Part shown: positions 39,601 to 53,600 of the stretch, piece by piece
Layout of the letters: each line of letters begins with the position of its first letter
Numbering within the stretch: position 1 is the first letter of the stretch
Assembly: GCA_040954595.2 (NCBI GenBank)
Contig: CM082576.2
Coordinates: forward strand, 6,017,129-6,081,128
DNA from: Balanoglossus misakiensis
Lineage: Eukaryota > Animalia > Hemichordata
Reading direction: 5' to 3'
DNA: 64,000 nt
Made by a program: the position numbers and the translations under genes
The notes under the pieces: model-generated
Databases searched by the model: none
Told to the model about the DNA's origin: nothing
Seen by the model: only the letters and a program-made list of their open reading frames with translations

Positions 39601-42600
39601 GCGACAAATCATAACCATATGTTTGCCATGATGTACAGTATAATACAAATTGTTGCATATGTACTGTGGATTTTCTGTGGCTCACTACAACATAACTTTG
39701 TTATTGCCTCTCATTATTAGTGAGCATGAAGAAAAAATAGTCCCTTTCAAAATCCAAATTTACGGAGCATTTCAAACCTACCTCCTCATAGAATGATGAT
39801 GGTGACCATGTGCCAACAGTCCCCTACAGTCATACACTTCCGTTTCCACACTACTTCCAAAATATTCCTGCGTTTCTCCGGAATCCTCCAGCGCCGGCAT
39901 TGATTCGTGCGACTCCTGCGAGAGTTGGCAGCCGATGGCACCTTCCTCGGGTTTCTTACTAGTCCTGTGTTCGTCATCGTCGTCGTCACATGCCTTCACG
40001 CTTGGCTTCACTTTTTTGCCACTGGTCTTTTTGGCCTCGCTCATTTCAACCTCGACTTCTGCAGTCCTCGCCTCCTGAGACACGTGCGATTCCTCAACGT
40101 TCGACGCGGCATCCTGATGCGCCGAGTCCTGTATCTCCGCGTGCTCATGCTCCCCGTCGCTCATGAAGTTCAAAGACGCATGATCGCAGATCTCCCGCGG
40201 CACGGCTTCATCGCTGTGGACGCTGACCTCACTGCATTCATCCGCATCGCTGATTTCGCTCTGCTGTTCGTAATCAGTTTCCGATTCATCTTCCTCCTCC
40301 TCTTCTTCTTCTTCCTCCTCGGCGACGCTGCTGTTCTCACTCTGTTGGCTCGGCTCACTGCCTTCTTCACTGCCACTAGTCTCCCGACTTTCCTCCTCAA
40401 CGTCATCGTTTTCTCCACTCGAATCCTGAAACAGTACGATTATCAAAATCAGATTCTTTCTTGTTGCCTTGTGTTTCTCTGAGTTCATGAACTCACACTG
40501 CCTGTAAAGTATGCCTACATGTAATTTTAGTGAGAGCAGAAATTCATGTTCTCCACATGGTCGACAAATCTCGAAATCATCCCTACCTGCTGTTGACCAG
40601 CCTGCCGCTGCCCTCTTCTGCCTCTGCCACGTTTCCCATGGTGATGATGATGGCGGTGATGATGGCGGTGATGCGGCTGGATGTGATGATGGTGGTGAGG
40701 ATGGTGAGGATGGTGGTGGTGATCACACTGGTGGGCTTCTTCCTCGTCAGGTTCAATGTCGCTGACCTCAGCACTCATGCTGTTCTCGCTGCTACTGAGG
40801 CTGTGACGGCTGGCCACTATCACTTCACCTATTGGGGAAAAAAGTTCCATGCAATGATGGAATGAAAGAACAATATTCAGTGATGTTGCATTTTAATGCT
40901 AAAAAGAAAAGAGTGGGTCATTTCATGCTGAATAATATCTCTCTGTTCTTTTATTGAACTGACATTTTCACAGCTAGTAATTTCTCGCTCACAGCTGGTA
41001 TTATTTGCTTGGTTTGGCTGCCACTATTTTCTAACATTCCATTTCCTGTATGCCCATGATAGCAGTAACCTAGCCACTTTAGAATGTTGACTGCATCACT
41101 ACCTGGTTCACGAAGTATGCACGATACACATGATCTGGTTTCGGATACTCATTACACTCGGGATTACTTTCTTAGGTGAATGGATAATTACTCAAAGCAA
41201 GCTACAAACACTTGCTTGACTACAAAGACTTTCAAAGACTTTAGAGAGTCCACCCACTCATATGTGATATTTGTATTGGTTTAAATTGTTTTTGCCAGCT
41301 TAATCTGACAGATTAGGCTATAAACGACGACAGGATAAAGACTGTGGAGGAATTACCACAGGCTATACAGTCTGTACTTCCACATCATACATCAAGCAAG
41401 AAATCTTTGCTTACCTCTTTCAAGAGGAGACTCCGCACATGACTTCATAGGAGTTGAGTGTTTTTCACGACTGACCTGTTGGGTGGCGCTCACAGCCTGG
41501 GTGGAGAGAGCGTTTGTCCACAGGTACTTGGTCAGAACAGATGCCATGTACAGCGTCTGCAGAGGTTAAAAACAGAACACATGAGATTTTTATGAGCGTG
41601 TCAACTGCACAGTTTTTTCATCTTCTGAGAAGCTTCATTTTTGTTCAAGAAACCCGATTCAACATAGTGACCGTATCTTGGCTTTTCTCCCAATGGTTTG
41701 TTGCCTTCTATCCGTAAATACTGCAACTAGAAACATGGTATTTCAGCATTGTCCAGGTGTTAACCTACTGTGTTACAAATATTTGCATGTTACTATTACT
41801 CACCTGTTCTGTGTGTGTGGATGGATGAATCATAGACACCAACTTCAGCATGTACCTCAGCGGGATCGGCTCCAAATGCTTGATGAGTTGCGGCAGCAGG
41901 TCATAGACGTACCGACTTGAGTGCTTGAGTTGGGCCGCCGCCCATATGCAATCAATGTGCTCAGTCGTCATGTAGCCTTCAGCAGCCAGGAAATTCAGAA
42001 TCACCTGACACTGTTTGAGGATCTGAAATAGCGAATAGGAGACAGGTGTCACGGTTTTGTTTGTATAGTGGTACGTTCAGATTCTAAAGAGGAAGCTGGG
42101 GGTGAAAGAGTTAAAAACAGAAGTTTTGACATGCACATCCCAGGTTAGCGAGTTGGAGTAATTTTGAAATCTGGTCACCTCAACGTGTAGGTTGGGTCCA
42201 AAGATGTGTTCCACCAGTTTCTTCTCAAGCAGCCACTGGGCAAGTTGAGCACCAACACTGAAATTAATAATAACATGCAAATGCAATGTTACCATGACAA
42301 CTACTGGACACATCAGATGTTCGTAAGATATTTGTAATCATACAATGTATGTGTATATCACTATCAGCATCATCGGGAGATCAGTTGAACAAAAAGTAAA
42401 CTCTTAACACTAAATATACAGCACAAATGAATACTTACTTATCAATGTCAACCAGGGATTCATTGTTGCACACTTCATTAAACATATGTAACTGGTTCTG
42501 TAAATAAAAATTTTCACTTTAATATAAACACTGCCACTGTGAGTCTTCAACATCTACTTCAAACCCCAGGACGATAAGCAGACACACAGTAACTTTAGGC

Positions 42601-45600
42601 ATTGATATGCTGGTTTATTTCAATAATGAAGCTCACTCATTGCATGGGTTATTCCAGTTTACGTATTCAAAAACGCTCTTCTTTTTATTCAGAGCTAATT
42701 CTACATTTTTTCTTTGAGAAAAGCAGCTACAGCCATATTGGATCAGACCATCAAACAATCTGATAGAAATGTGTCAATGATATAGTTCAAGATGAATATA
42801 GGCCAAACGAAATCTCTACATCCCTGGGGACCGAGAAACATGTGACCTTTTGACTTACTGTAATCTGACTGAGTCCTGCCAGTCTCATCGTTAACGTTGA
42901 TGATGTAAAGTACTTGAAAGCCAGTTCTAGACTCTCCCTGTCAAACCACACTTGTGTGTCTAGCGGCTCCTTGATCGCATTCCACATCATGTCAGCCATG
43001 TTGCGCGCATTCGTCATGCGGAGATCTTTATCCGACAAGGTGCACAAATACCTGGGATGCATTAAAAAGTTTGAATGTAAGTTCATTATGATCTACTGTA
43101 AAAAAACGTACATATCATAGTTCTATGTCAAGAAACAAACTTAAAGAGACTAGAGAAGAGACTAAATAATAACTGATCATGAATATCACACTTACTGAAT
43201 CACTTTGCTCCGTAATGGAGATACATACTGCATTGTTGCATGAACATGAAGCCAGATGCGGAGCTGAGGAAAGAAAGAAAATTTTTAATAAACAATATGT
43301 TTACAATGGATAAAATAATTTTAGCGAGTGTGTTCACATATCCAGAGAAACAGTTATGATTAGGAAAATCTCATTCTCACTATGCATGCATAGTATTAGA
43401 TGTTAGCAGTAATGAGCCAGAGCTAAGTTTTATTTTCAGTGATATGCAAATTTTATCCATGCATTTCACTATCACTGTGACATCAAACATACCACTCACA
43501 AGAAAAGTCATGCAAAACTTCTGACAGAACACTAATCAGTAACGAATGGAACCTTCAAAGGATGTATAGTGTTAAAATGAGGGGGGAGTGCATTCTAATG
43601 GCAACAATGCAAAGGTCACACCAATGACAATGACAATGAAGTCTATTGTTCACAACAAAGAATACTGCCATTTTGTGTTTTGCCATCATAATGGTACACC
43701 ACACTGCACAAAACAGTTATATCCTGATGCATATACATGCATTCTTGCACAATACACTAACAGTCAGAGTCCAAGACATTTTTTTATAGTTCATTGCAGA
43801 CACAGTTGTGATGGGGGTGTGCTGCTGAGAATAGATGGATGACTCACATTGGCAACCACTGTGATGAGTGCATGGGCTACATTAAATGGCAGTGATTCTG
43901 GGGAGGCTTGTTCAAAGCACATCTGAATGGCAGTCAAACCATTGCTGTCGCAGAAAAAGCACACGTTGCGTAGTAGATACAATGGCACTTCCATGTCCTA
44001 CAAGACACAAAAAGTTCACAATTGTTACTTTTGTACCGTTTTAAGGGTACTATATCAAATACCATCATTAGTTTAATCCTGAACAGTGTGCATATTCACA
44101 CCTCAGCAGTGAGCATCTGCGTTTGTTAACAAACTTTGATTTTTTGGTAAAAAACAGTCAAACTTAACAGCAATTGAGAGGTAGTCCAACCACACAAAGT
44201 TTTGCAATCTGTGCAGGTAAACATAACAATTGCTATTTTCAGAATCCATGATGTATACCACAATTCCATAAGGAATAAACGACAGAAAAGCTGCAATATA
44301 ATACAGCACACACGTAAGTGTAAGAGTTCGTAAGCATAACAGTTCTTGTCTATCAATACACCATTTTACTTACATTAATATCACAGTAATTGCCCAGAGC
44401 CTCAGCTTCATGGGTAGAGATATCCTACATTTCAAAATACACAGAAAAGTTAAAAATTAGCAAATCTCAAAGTTTCACGTTTGAAACAAATAAAGACGTT
44501 TACAAGCATAATTTGGGCAAAGGGCCCAATATTATACAGGATTTTCGAAACTCTAAGGAACAGAAGAAAATTCTTTGCCTTGTGCTTAAAATGGGCTTGA
44601 CATGCAACTGGAAAAGTTTTGCTTTTAGCGTCCCCAAAACAAAACTTACCTCCATGCCCGCATGGAAATTTTGTTTGTGAGCTGTGTACAAGAAGAAATT
44701 TAACTGAAACACTTTGGATATACAGTGCAAAAGTTTTTCTTTTTCATCCATGGTCCATGATTCCGTCTCTACATCTTCCTGTTCCTTGCTCGAACTTTTC
44801 TCTTCTTTCGTCTCTTTATCACCGTCTTCGTTCTTGGCCTCGTCTTTGCCAACAACAACATTCTTGTTCCCTTCACCCTCTGTTATTGACGCCACTGCAT
44901 CAATGGCAAACCTCAGCATCAACTGCACCAAGTTGTTTGCTCTGTCAAAGTTCCTAATGTCCCGGAAGCAGCAGCTACATTGTCTGCAATGAAACATGTC
45001 AGACTTGTTAGTTTGAAGTATGCAATGGTGCGAGATTTACTTGTGTGCGCGTGGGACTCGTTTCACTGCTTAGCGTGGATGATCGGACGATCAATGTGAT
45101 GACTAGACAGGCTATCAGCAGCCCGACACGGACGTGGAAGTCAAAGTTTTATCCCATCCAACTTAGAAATTACCTGTCTTTAACAGGAGGAAGTTTCCAA
45201 CACTGGTACACAGTAACAACACTACAATGCATTTTATTAACAGCAGACTTTCTGGCTACATTACAGTTTAAGGTCTAAAAAACAATGCATTCTAATCAGT
45301 GGCCCACCACACTTTCCATCCATGACTGAAGCATTGTTTTTTTCAAAACAAAGGAGACTATGGTAATCAGTCAATTCAGCACACACTATTTGTATGGAAA
45401 TTTCTGGTATTGAAATTCCCAGTACTGAATAAGACTGTAATTTGATATACTCACCTTTGTGGCCAACTCTGGATGAACAGAAGGAGCATAATAATCTCCT
45501 TCTTACTGAGCTGCTGGTTCTCCTTTCTGTTTTCATCATCATCTGCAGAATACAGAGAATATAGCATGTATTGATATGCAAGACTTGCTGGTATACAACA

Positions 45601-46680
45601 TTGAACATAGCCAGCAAACAAACTGGCTGTTTTATGATATCAGTCCACTAGCCAAATTTGTTAATCTTGTTGAAAGTGAAGAGTAGCTGATGCCAGATAC
45701 ATAGCCATTGGTGCTCAAGACATGATCAAGTGAGATTAGGGTTCATCATCATATGCTCCAGGTTCAGAAAAATTCCAGGACTCTCTCAAGTTGTTTCCTA
45801 AGAGTATTTGCGTTCGAAAATGCCCTTTTCCAGAGTGATCACACAGTAACTGAGCCAAACATTTGTCAGTAGCATGGTAAGCGGAATCAAATTCCAGGAC
45901 TATGCAGAAGTGAATTTCGTTATACCAGACACTTTGGCGATTCTCTTACACCTTGATGATACCACACATCATCATTATCATCAGCATCAACATCATCATC
46001 ATCATCATCAATACCACCACCGTCGTAATCATCACCATACCACCAGTACCACCACTACCAACATCATCATCATCGTTGTAACTTGTCATTTTTCAGAGCT
46101 ACACCAGATATGTGTTTCAAATCTGCATTGTTGCACCTGAGCATTATAATATTTACACACCCCCACACTACAATGTAAACGGTGCAGGGGCAAGGGCGCA
46201 CACCCACTTTTTCTGGCAGAATAAAAACATAGCACAGTATGGCATCGGTAGGCACCTAGTTCGGAGGCTTTACATGTACCTCATTGAACAAAATATAAAG
46301 GCAGCCGATCTAGTTTTGTTACGGTTTAATCAAACAGATGTTTGCACAGACCTTTCCTGCCCTTTTTACGACTTCACGTTGCATTTTTGTATATCCATTT
46401 TACCAGACTGCAACTGCAAGTCTGTATTTTGGCCTCATCGCAAAGGGCTCGACATTGCCCATATTAACAAACTCGGCTGACAAATAATAAATTAACGAGT
46501 ACTTGGACGAATAGAATTCACAACAGTGACCCAGGCTCAGTTAAAGACGTCAATCTAAAGATGTAAGAAGTGGATTAGGAAGGTGAGCGACTGACGTGCA
46601 CGCTTACTTTGTGTGAAAGATGTGTACTCACATGATTGAAGCAGCTGATGAAAATCCACACATGCATCACAAATATCCAT
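18667..46680 (-). CDS. USP34: ubiquitin carboxyl-terminal hydrolase 34, full length, many exons
   Basis: The N-terminus [16 protein letters not shown]|[12 protein letters not shown]|QCSCCFRD resembles vertebrate MCENC..SWTQRQCLCCFK. Also [38 protein letters not shown], the Cys box [21 protein letters not shown] (~29890-29955), [29 protein letters not shown], the His box [26 protein letters not shown] (~27930-28050), and [12 protein letters not shown]. The last exon ends ALSRFQS* at 18667. Confidence 0.97.
38371..38389. repeat. poly-C/poly-G mononucleotide run (19 nt), USP34 intron
   Basis: Read directly. Confidence 0.9.
45960..46075. repeat. degenerate (CAT)n/(CAC)n microsatellite in USP34 intron 1
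   Basis: catcatcattatcatcagcatcaacatcatcatcatcatcatcaataccaccac... lies between the exons at ~45455-45542 and 46632-46680. Confidence 0.85.
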
Positions 46681-46840
46681 TATACAACGCCACCTTAGGC
46701 ACCCTATATAGGGGAAACGCCTTTAGGTTCGGCTAATTCGCGCCTGTCTGTTTTCCGTATACCGTTTCACAATCCCATCTGTCACGGCACGGTGCTTATG
46801 CTGGGTTCGTCTGTGATGAAGTGTTTTGGACATATAACAC

Positions 46841-46850
46841 CCGCCATTTT
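46841..46850 (-). promoter_or_regulatory. YY1-type motif AAAATGGCGG near the probable USP34 transcription start
   Basis: ccgccatttt on the + strand, ~160 bp upstream of the USP34 ATG; a CCAAT box (attgg on +) lies at ~46906-46910. Confidence 0.5.
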
Positions 46851-47380
46851 GGAAGGAACTTCGTTTAGGTATTCGGCTCTTCCGATCTATCAATTTGAGA
46901 CCTCTGATTGGTTTGTGCCATAAAAGGAAATTCTCGGTATCGATGCATTTAGGACGATGGGGGCGCTGTACCTAAACATGATCAGGGGCAGACTGGACAT
47001 GACAGGGGGGGGGGGGTCAGGTCTGAGGATGCAGTATATCATGTTTTTTTAATGCTTCTGACATTTTCAAGTCTATTTTGGTACTGTGTGGTAATAAAAT
47101 GAACTTCATCTGTGGCTACAAAGGAGAATCATATTAAACACAAATGCCTTGAATTCATAATTCTAGTTTATTTCATGAAAACAATACACACAAATTAATA
47201 GATTCACTGCTTGAAAACATGAGTGAAAAGATGCATAATAATCATTGCTGATTACTACATTAAAGTGGTACCAAGAAAGTTTCGAATTCCAAGAAAAAAC
47301 AATTTGAAGCTGCAATTTACTGATCACTAATTATTTAGTATGATCAAGTAAAGATGGGGAAAAGTTTCTTGGCTTTAAAA

Positions 47381-48826
47381 TTATTTGACACCTTTCCAAT
47401 CATCTGGATTGATTTCTTTCAAGTCTTTCAGTTTCTTCAGGTCTTTGAGTCCCTCTAGAGAGAGATATGTAATTTCACAATGTGGTAAAGCAACACGCAG
47501 TGTTCCAATGGTGGAATCCATGTCCTTGACTGCTGGCAAATCACACAGGAATAACGTCTTCAGTTTCCTGAAAAGTTGATAAAACAATGGAATCAGTGTG
47601 AATATTTACACTAACTGTGTATAAGTCCTCTGATGGGATTCAATCATGACTGCAACAATGTCAGGCCAACAATTAGCGTGACCTCTAACCCCAACAGGTT
47701 AGAGCGCCCTCGGGTGATGATAACTCTTCCAGTGTAAATATGCCTACTTGAGTTGATGAAGGGCCAGCAAGCCTCTGTCTGAAATATCACCGCAACTGGT
47801 CACTTGCAGGTCTTCAAGAGTGTCCTTCAGATAATGCAGCGATGCCAAACACTCATCCGTCAGATACGTACAATGGTGGAGTTTCAGTGAGCGTAGGTAT
47901 TCCAAATTTTCTGATGAAAGTCAATGAAAGAGTTGAAGAATTAAATATTTGCTCTCTGCACAAAAGCAACTGAAGCTATGATTCAGATTTCACAAGAAAT
48001 TCCATTAAAGCCCCACTGTAAGGAACTTTTGCCAATTTTATCACTTCAAAATTTCTTAACTTTTGTTTCTTCCCACTACACTCTGACATGCTGAGAGAAC
48101 CATTACGTACCGAAGTGTGGGAAGCCTATGTGCATGATGCTAGAATCAGTCCCATCGACTGCCTCTATCTTGTATTTTTTCAGTGGTCCTGAGGGCAAGG
48201 CGTTGTAATCAACATTCCACTTGCTGAAGTCTTTGAACTTGACATGAGCTCCGCATCGTAGCAACCACTCAGCTGCTGCCCTGTCAGGCCCCGCCTCACT
48301 GATACGACCATAATCAACTCTGAAAGAAGATGGCTGAAATGAAACTATCACAACATATGCCTTAAGACTGCATAGTACTGAATTGAGCATCAGATGAAAA
48401 ATTTCTAATAAAAAAGCATTGAATAGAGTCTTTGCTTCATAGATTTACATACTCAAAAATTTGTACACAGGCAAAGAGAAAATTGAGAATACAGACTCAG
48501 GTAAAGAGACGCCCTCAACGTCAAGAGGAGTTGCTTTTGGATGAGCTGCCGCTGGCTGCGTCACATGCTGCAAATGTAACTCACCTATTAAATATAGCAT
48601 TCAGCATGCCAAATAAACATCTTCGGGGATACTTTGAGAGTCCTCCCGACAATTCTAAGGTATGCCGGCGTGAATAACTGAGTGGAGAGTACCCAGTTAG
48701 CACTCGTCCAAAATTGAGAAAGCTGCCATACGAGCGTACACTGCCAGCGCTGAGTTGAAAGGGTTTGACCCTTGGCCTTGTTGGGATCCTGAAACTCCTG
48801 CACAAGGTTAGGAAGACTTCCCTCAT
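47381..48826 (-). CDS. DMAC2L: mitochondrial ATP synthase subunit s / factor B (LRR protein), 4 coding exons
   Basis: An Arg/Ser-rich presequence-like N-terminus leads to LFGMLNAIFNR|VDYGRISEAGPDRAAAEWLLRCGA..DYNALPSGP..KYKIEAVDGTDSSIMHIGFPHF, matching ATP5S. An LRR exon at ~47748-47911 gives QVTSCGDISDRGLLAL. The last exon LKTLFLCDLPAV..ALPHCEI ends at TAA 47381. The start codon is less certain. Confidence 0.92.
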
Positions 48827-49887
48827 ACCATGGATGTCGTCTGCGATCCGCTACTGTATACTGGGTAGATCTCAAACGAAAAGCCGCAGGCTGACGACTA
48901 TGACATCGACGATGCAGTTTTTCTTCATACGCGCATCACTTTGAGACCCTTTAAGTTACCGAATATAATTGTATGGCTGGCTAAGTAACACCATATTAAA
49001 AGTTCACACGGTTTCCATAGTAATCCGGAGGAAGAAGTCGCATTCATCCCGGTGGCAGAATACGACTTTGTGAATCCAAGTGATTCATAGCAGTTCAGAG
49101 GACAAATTCTTTAATGATTATTGTAGCAAACCCCGTCTTACTAGTATTTCCTCGCTTTGAAAAAATCTCCTGATATGGACAGATTTCTGTGATCGGTCAG
49201 AATGGGATTGGTCATATTAAGCTGTGTGTGTTAGTGGCTGTACATCCAATAAACAGTGTGCATTGAAGGAATTGTTTGAATTCTATTACATGACAGCTCT
49301 TCAGAACTTCGGCCGTAATTAAGGTTGCTATGACCCAGTTTTATTTTCAGAACATGAATGCGCCGTTTGTGTAATTTCCACAAATTCGCAGACGATTCTG
49401 TACATACAGAGGTCGCATAAACATTCGGCGTTTAAGGAATATTTGGACCGCACACTCTTTGTCTATACCCTGTCCCTACTCCAAGGGCGAAGTCAGTGTG
49501 GCCCACAAAATTCCATAGTGGAATATGTGGCCAGCAAATGTCAAGGGCACTCGGTCTTTGTTGTTTTATTTTCTGTGCAGTCAACAATGCATTGCGCGCA
49601 AGCAGAAAACTACCCATGCTGAAAGAGGTATAATTATCGCCCATTGGTAAGTACATTTACCTTCGTATGATAAAAACAACTTCATTACGTTTAGATATCA
49701 GGACAAAACTGGAATGCAGCTATAATACATTCAGCCAGGCGCCGATATTCAAAATGTGTGCAACCTGTTGTTTGGACTTTTTTTAAAGTGACATATGAGG
49801 GCGGGCGTATAGGCTACTGTCCTCGGTTGAACTTTGCCTGTTCACCTTCTCTTGCTTGAACAGTATCATATATTATAGGGTACCAGC

Positions 49888-50418
49888 ATGAACAGACCGG
49901 GCGTCAGTTCCTTATGCGTTGGGGTTGACGTTGGAGGTACAAACACGGATGCCGTGGTTCTGCGTGGCGACGACATTATCGGTTACTCAAAGACATGTAC
50001 AACGGACGATATTACCAGTGGCGTCAGAGCTGCTATTGCCAGTGCCATAGAAAACGCCAGGGATAAAGGTAGGTGAAAATGAAACCTGCGGCGCGGCGGT
50101 CGGTATCTTTAATTTCCAGGTTTGACAAACACGGATACCAGCCACTCTTGTATTTTTTCTGTGCAGGAACTAGTGCATAGCCACACGGCCTACAGTAATA
50201 TTACGTAATGGTGCAGTTTTATGATTGAGTGTCGTATTTTACTAGGTCACCAGGGTCAAGTGTCACAGGTCAACATAGGCACCACTCATTTCATCAATGC
50301 TGTGATCCAAAGAAAAAAACTGGTTAAAGTGGCTGTATTAAGACTTTGTGGACCCGCTTCTACGGCAGTACCGCCATTTTGCGATTTTCCCGAAGACTTG
50401 GCCAAGGTAAGTTACTTA

Positions 50419-50479
<61 letters not shown>

Positions 50480-50573
50480 GTACTTACGTACTTACGTACT
50501 CACTCACTCACTCACTCACTCACTCACTCACTCACTCACTCACTCACTCACTCACTCACTCACTAACTAACTA

Positions 50574-50621
<48 letters not shown>

Positions 50622-53600
50622 GGTTAGTTTTTATTGGTTAGTTTTTATTGGACCTATACTCAGACTAAACTCGGGCATTTGTAAAATACTAAACTTGGGG
50701 ACTGCCAACAAATCTAACGACAGTTTTAAAAATTGTGTATAAAATAACCTTGCATATTGTCTTGTGTCAGACAATTCGTGCCTCAAGCCATTTCCTTGGA
50801 GGTGGATATGAATATGATGGAAGAGAGATCTCTGCTTTTGACGAATCTGAGTTCCGGCAATGTGTCAATCACATCAGAGACAGTGGAGTCTCGCATCTGG
50901 TCATTTCTGGTGTCTTTTCGCCTGTCAATCCAAGACAAGAATTACAGGTATGGTTGCAATACGAACGTACCATTTTGTGCTCATTTTGACATGGTCATAA
51001 TAGAAGTATGTTCTATAATTCGGTGATCAGAGGTGATTTTAGAATCTTGGTTCCGATTGATTTAAGGTGCCCGTGCGGATGTTTTAATTGACCAACTAAC
51101 TCTATACTGATTAGGTGGCAGAAATCCTTCGAAGTGAATATCCCGATGTGAGCTTCACATTGTCTCATAGAGTGGGACAAATAAGTCTGCTAGGACGAGA
51201 GAACGCGGCCATATTGAACGAAAGTTTGAAACCGCTATGTCAGCAGACGATCAATGCTTTCAAAGAAGCGTTGCAAACCCTTGGACTTAACTGTCAGTTA
51301 TACTTGACCCAAAACGATGGTACCATCATTAGGTGAGTGAGTTGCTCGTTGTCTCTCCTTGTGCAAAACAAATTCACGTATCAAGATTGATCGCTGGTAG
51401 TTATTTGACAACTGTCTACAATGTCCTTCATGTACTTGGATACCAAAAATGCAATCATTCGTGTCTGCGTCCGTCAAAACTTGTTGATGGAGGGCAAAAA
51501 TCGACGAGCTGCACCAAAGCATTCTCGCGTGCCAGAGTCACGAAACTGTTGACGTAAAGAGGTCGTGGTTGCGACGATGCATTATATAGCAAAACAGTGA
51601 GATTCGTTTATGATTGATTGGTGAAATGTATTTTATTTTCCAGCGCGGACAAAGTATTGGAGCTGCCTGTGCGTACGTTCTCCTCGGGTCCGACCAACAG
51701 TATCAGAGGAGCGGCATTTTTGTCGGGCGCTAATGACGCCATAGTCATTGATATTGGCGGAACTACGTCTGATTTTGGTTGTCTTCGAGATGGTTTCCCC
51801 CGAGATGCCTCCACTCATGTCGAGGTGAGGCTGCTGAACAACACTGCATGACATTCATTTTCGTTGTGGTAATTTCAGAGATGCACAAACAACAACAACA
51901 GCAGACAAATGCGCAGCACAAGCTTATTATGAAATATAAAAGCATGTCATAGCGAAAGGTGGCTTGAGAAGTAAATGTAATACACTTCGAATTTTCAGTC
52001 GAACTGAAAACTTTTCTTATAAATATATACGCATGTTATATGATGTCCGACCATTATAATTTAGATTGGAGGTGTCCGAACAAACTTTCGCATGCCGGAT
52101 GTCTTAAGCGTTGGGCTTGGAGGAGGATCACACGTCACAAAAACGGATAACGGGCAAGTAAGTATAGGCACTTTCATTTTTAGGTACTGGTCATATTACC
52201 TGGAAGTTCCACTTTCACTATACTGGGACACGAAATGCGTTGCGCTTTTCTGTTGGGTCTATCGTATGCATTGCACAGTATACGTGTGCATGCTTCGGAC
52301 ACAGAGTTTACGCATCAAAGTCATTCCGCACTGTTATGACAAACAATAAGCTACGTATATTCTAAGTTCACCATTGTTTTACCAGGTCGCCATTGGACCA
52401 TTGAGTTGTGGTTATAAACTAACATCAGAGGGTATGGTTTTTGGGGAAGCCTCCGGAAAGAAAGTCTTGACGGCGACGGACATTGCTGTTGCTGCCGGAC
52501 TTGTAGATCTTGGTGATCCGACCAGAGTCGCTGATCTCGATAGAGAGTTTGTCGGTCAAGCAGTGGATAGAATACATGCTATGGTCGAGTCAGCAATAGA
52601 CAAAGTCAAAGTAAGTAAACACAGACTTCAGAACTTGAACTCCCCCATATTACATATTTTTGGGGATAAGAGAAAATAATTTCTGTGCTCTAATTCTCTT
52701 TGTGCAGAGCAGTCAAGAAGATCAGCCGGTGATTCTGGTCGGCGGCGGCAGTATTTTGGTTGACGACACAAGACAACTGAAAGGTGCCTCCAAAGTCATA
52801 AAACCCCCTTATTTCAGTGTAAGTTCGAGATATTACGTTTTGCGCATGTATTTTTTCTGATTATTTGCAAGTTTAAGATACAGGTACTAAATATACCAGA
52901 AACTAAGTTGACATGGAAACTGAAAGGCCTCATTGCATGAATACCGATCGATCATTATTGACCCCCATCCCCGCCACAGGTGGCCAATGCAGTCGGCGCG
53001 GCACTGAGCCAGGTCAGTGGCGAGACGGACATTGTTGTTCGAATGGATGAAGAAGTGAAGAAGATCATTGGAGAGGAAACAACGGCAGAAGAACTGAACG
53101 AGGCGAAGAAGAAAGCGAGGAACGCCCTCATCGATGACGCCAAAAAGAAAGCAATTGAAGCAGCTGTTGATTCCGGCGCAGAGGAGACCACAGTGAAGGT
53201 AAAAAGTCAAGTCAGAGACTATTAAATAACTTTGCTTGAAATAAAAACATGCAGGACTGGGGAACATGTTGTTGGAAACGATACTTGTTACCTGATCGTC
53301 CTGAACTAAGTCTATGGTAAAAAAAAAGTTGTGTCGGATCCGTGAATGAAAGGTCCTTGCACTGTAATCCATTTACCAACGTAAAAACACTCATGGATGC
53401 ACCACAATACTAAGTAATTGATTCAAACAGCTCTTCCTTCAATGAACGCATTGCAGATATATGATTTAGAAGAGATTGTCGTGACGTACTTGACCGGAAA
53501 TGCTGTCAGGTACAAAGTCAAGGCCATTGGTTCCTTGAAGTCCGTGAGCGTTTCCAGTGACAAGCCATCAGAGCTGAAACAGAGAGCACAAGAGGAGGAC

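Noticed and set aside
39907-40865. Long hydrophobic + strand ORFs (191 aa and 111 aa)
   Set aside because: They are antisense shadows of low-complexity USP34 exons.
45045-45140. Hammerhead-like words (CTGATAG ... GAAACGAGTC) in USP34 intron 2
   Set aside because: The core is not CUGANGA, and stems I and II cannot be formed.
45874-46140. His/Thr-rich + strand ORF
   Set aside because: It is a translation of an intronic (CAT/CAC)n microsatellite antisense to USP34.
50408-50574. YLLT/HSLT repeat peptide in the ORF track
   Set aside because: It is read-through past the gtaagt donor into the tetranucleotide repeat.
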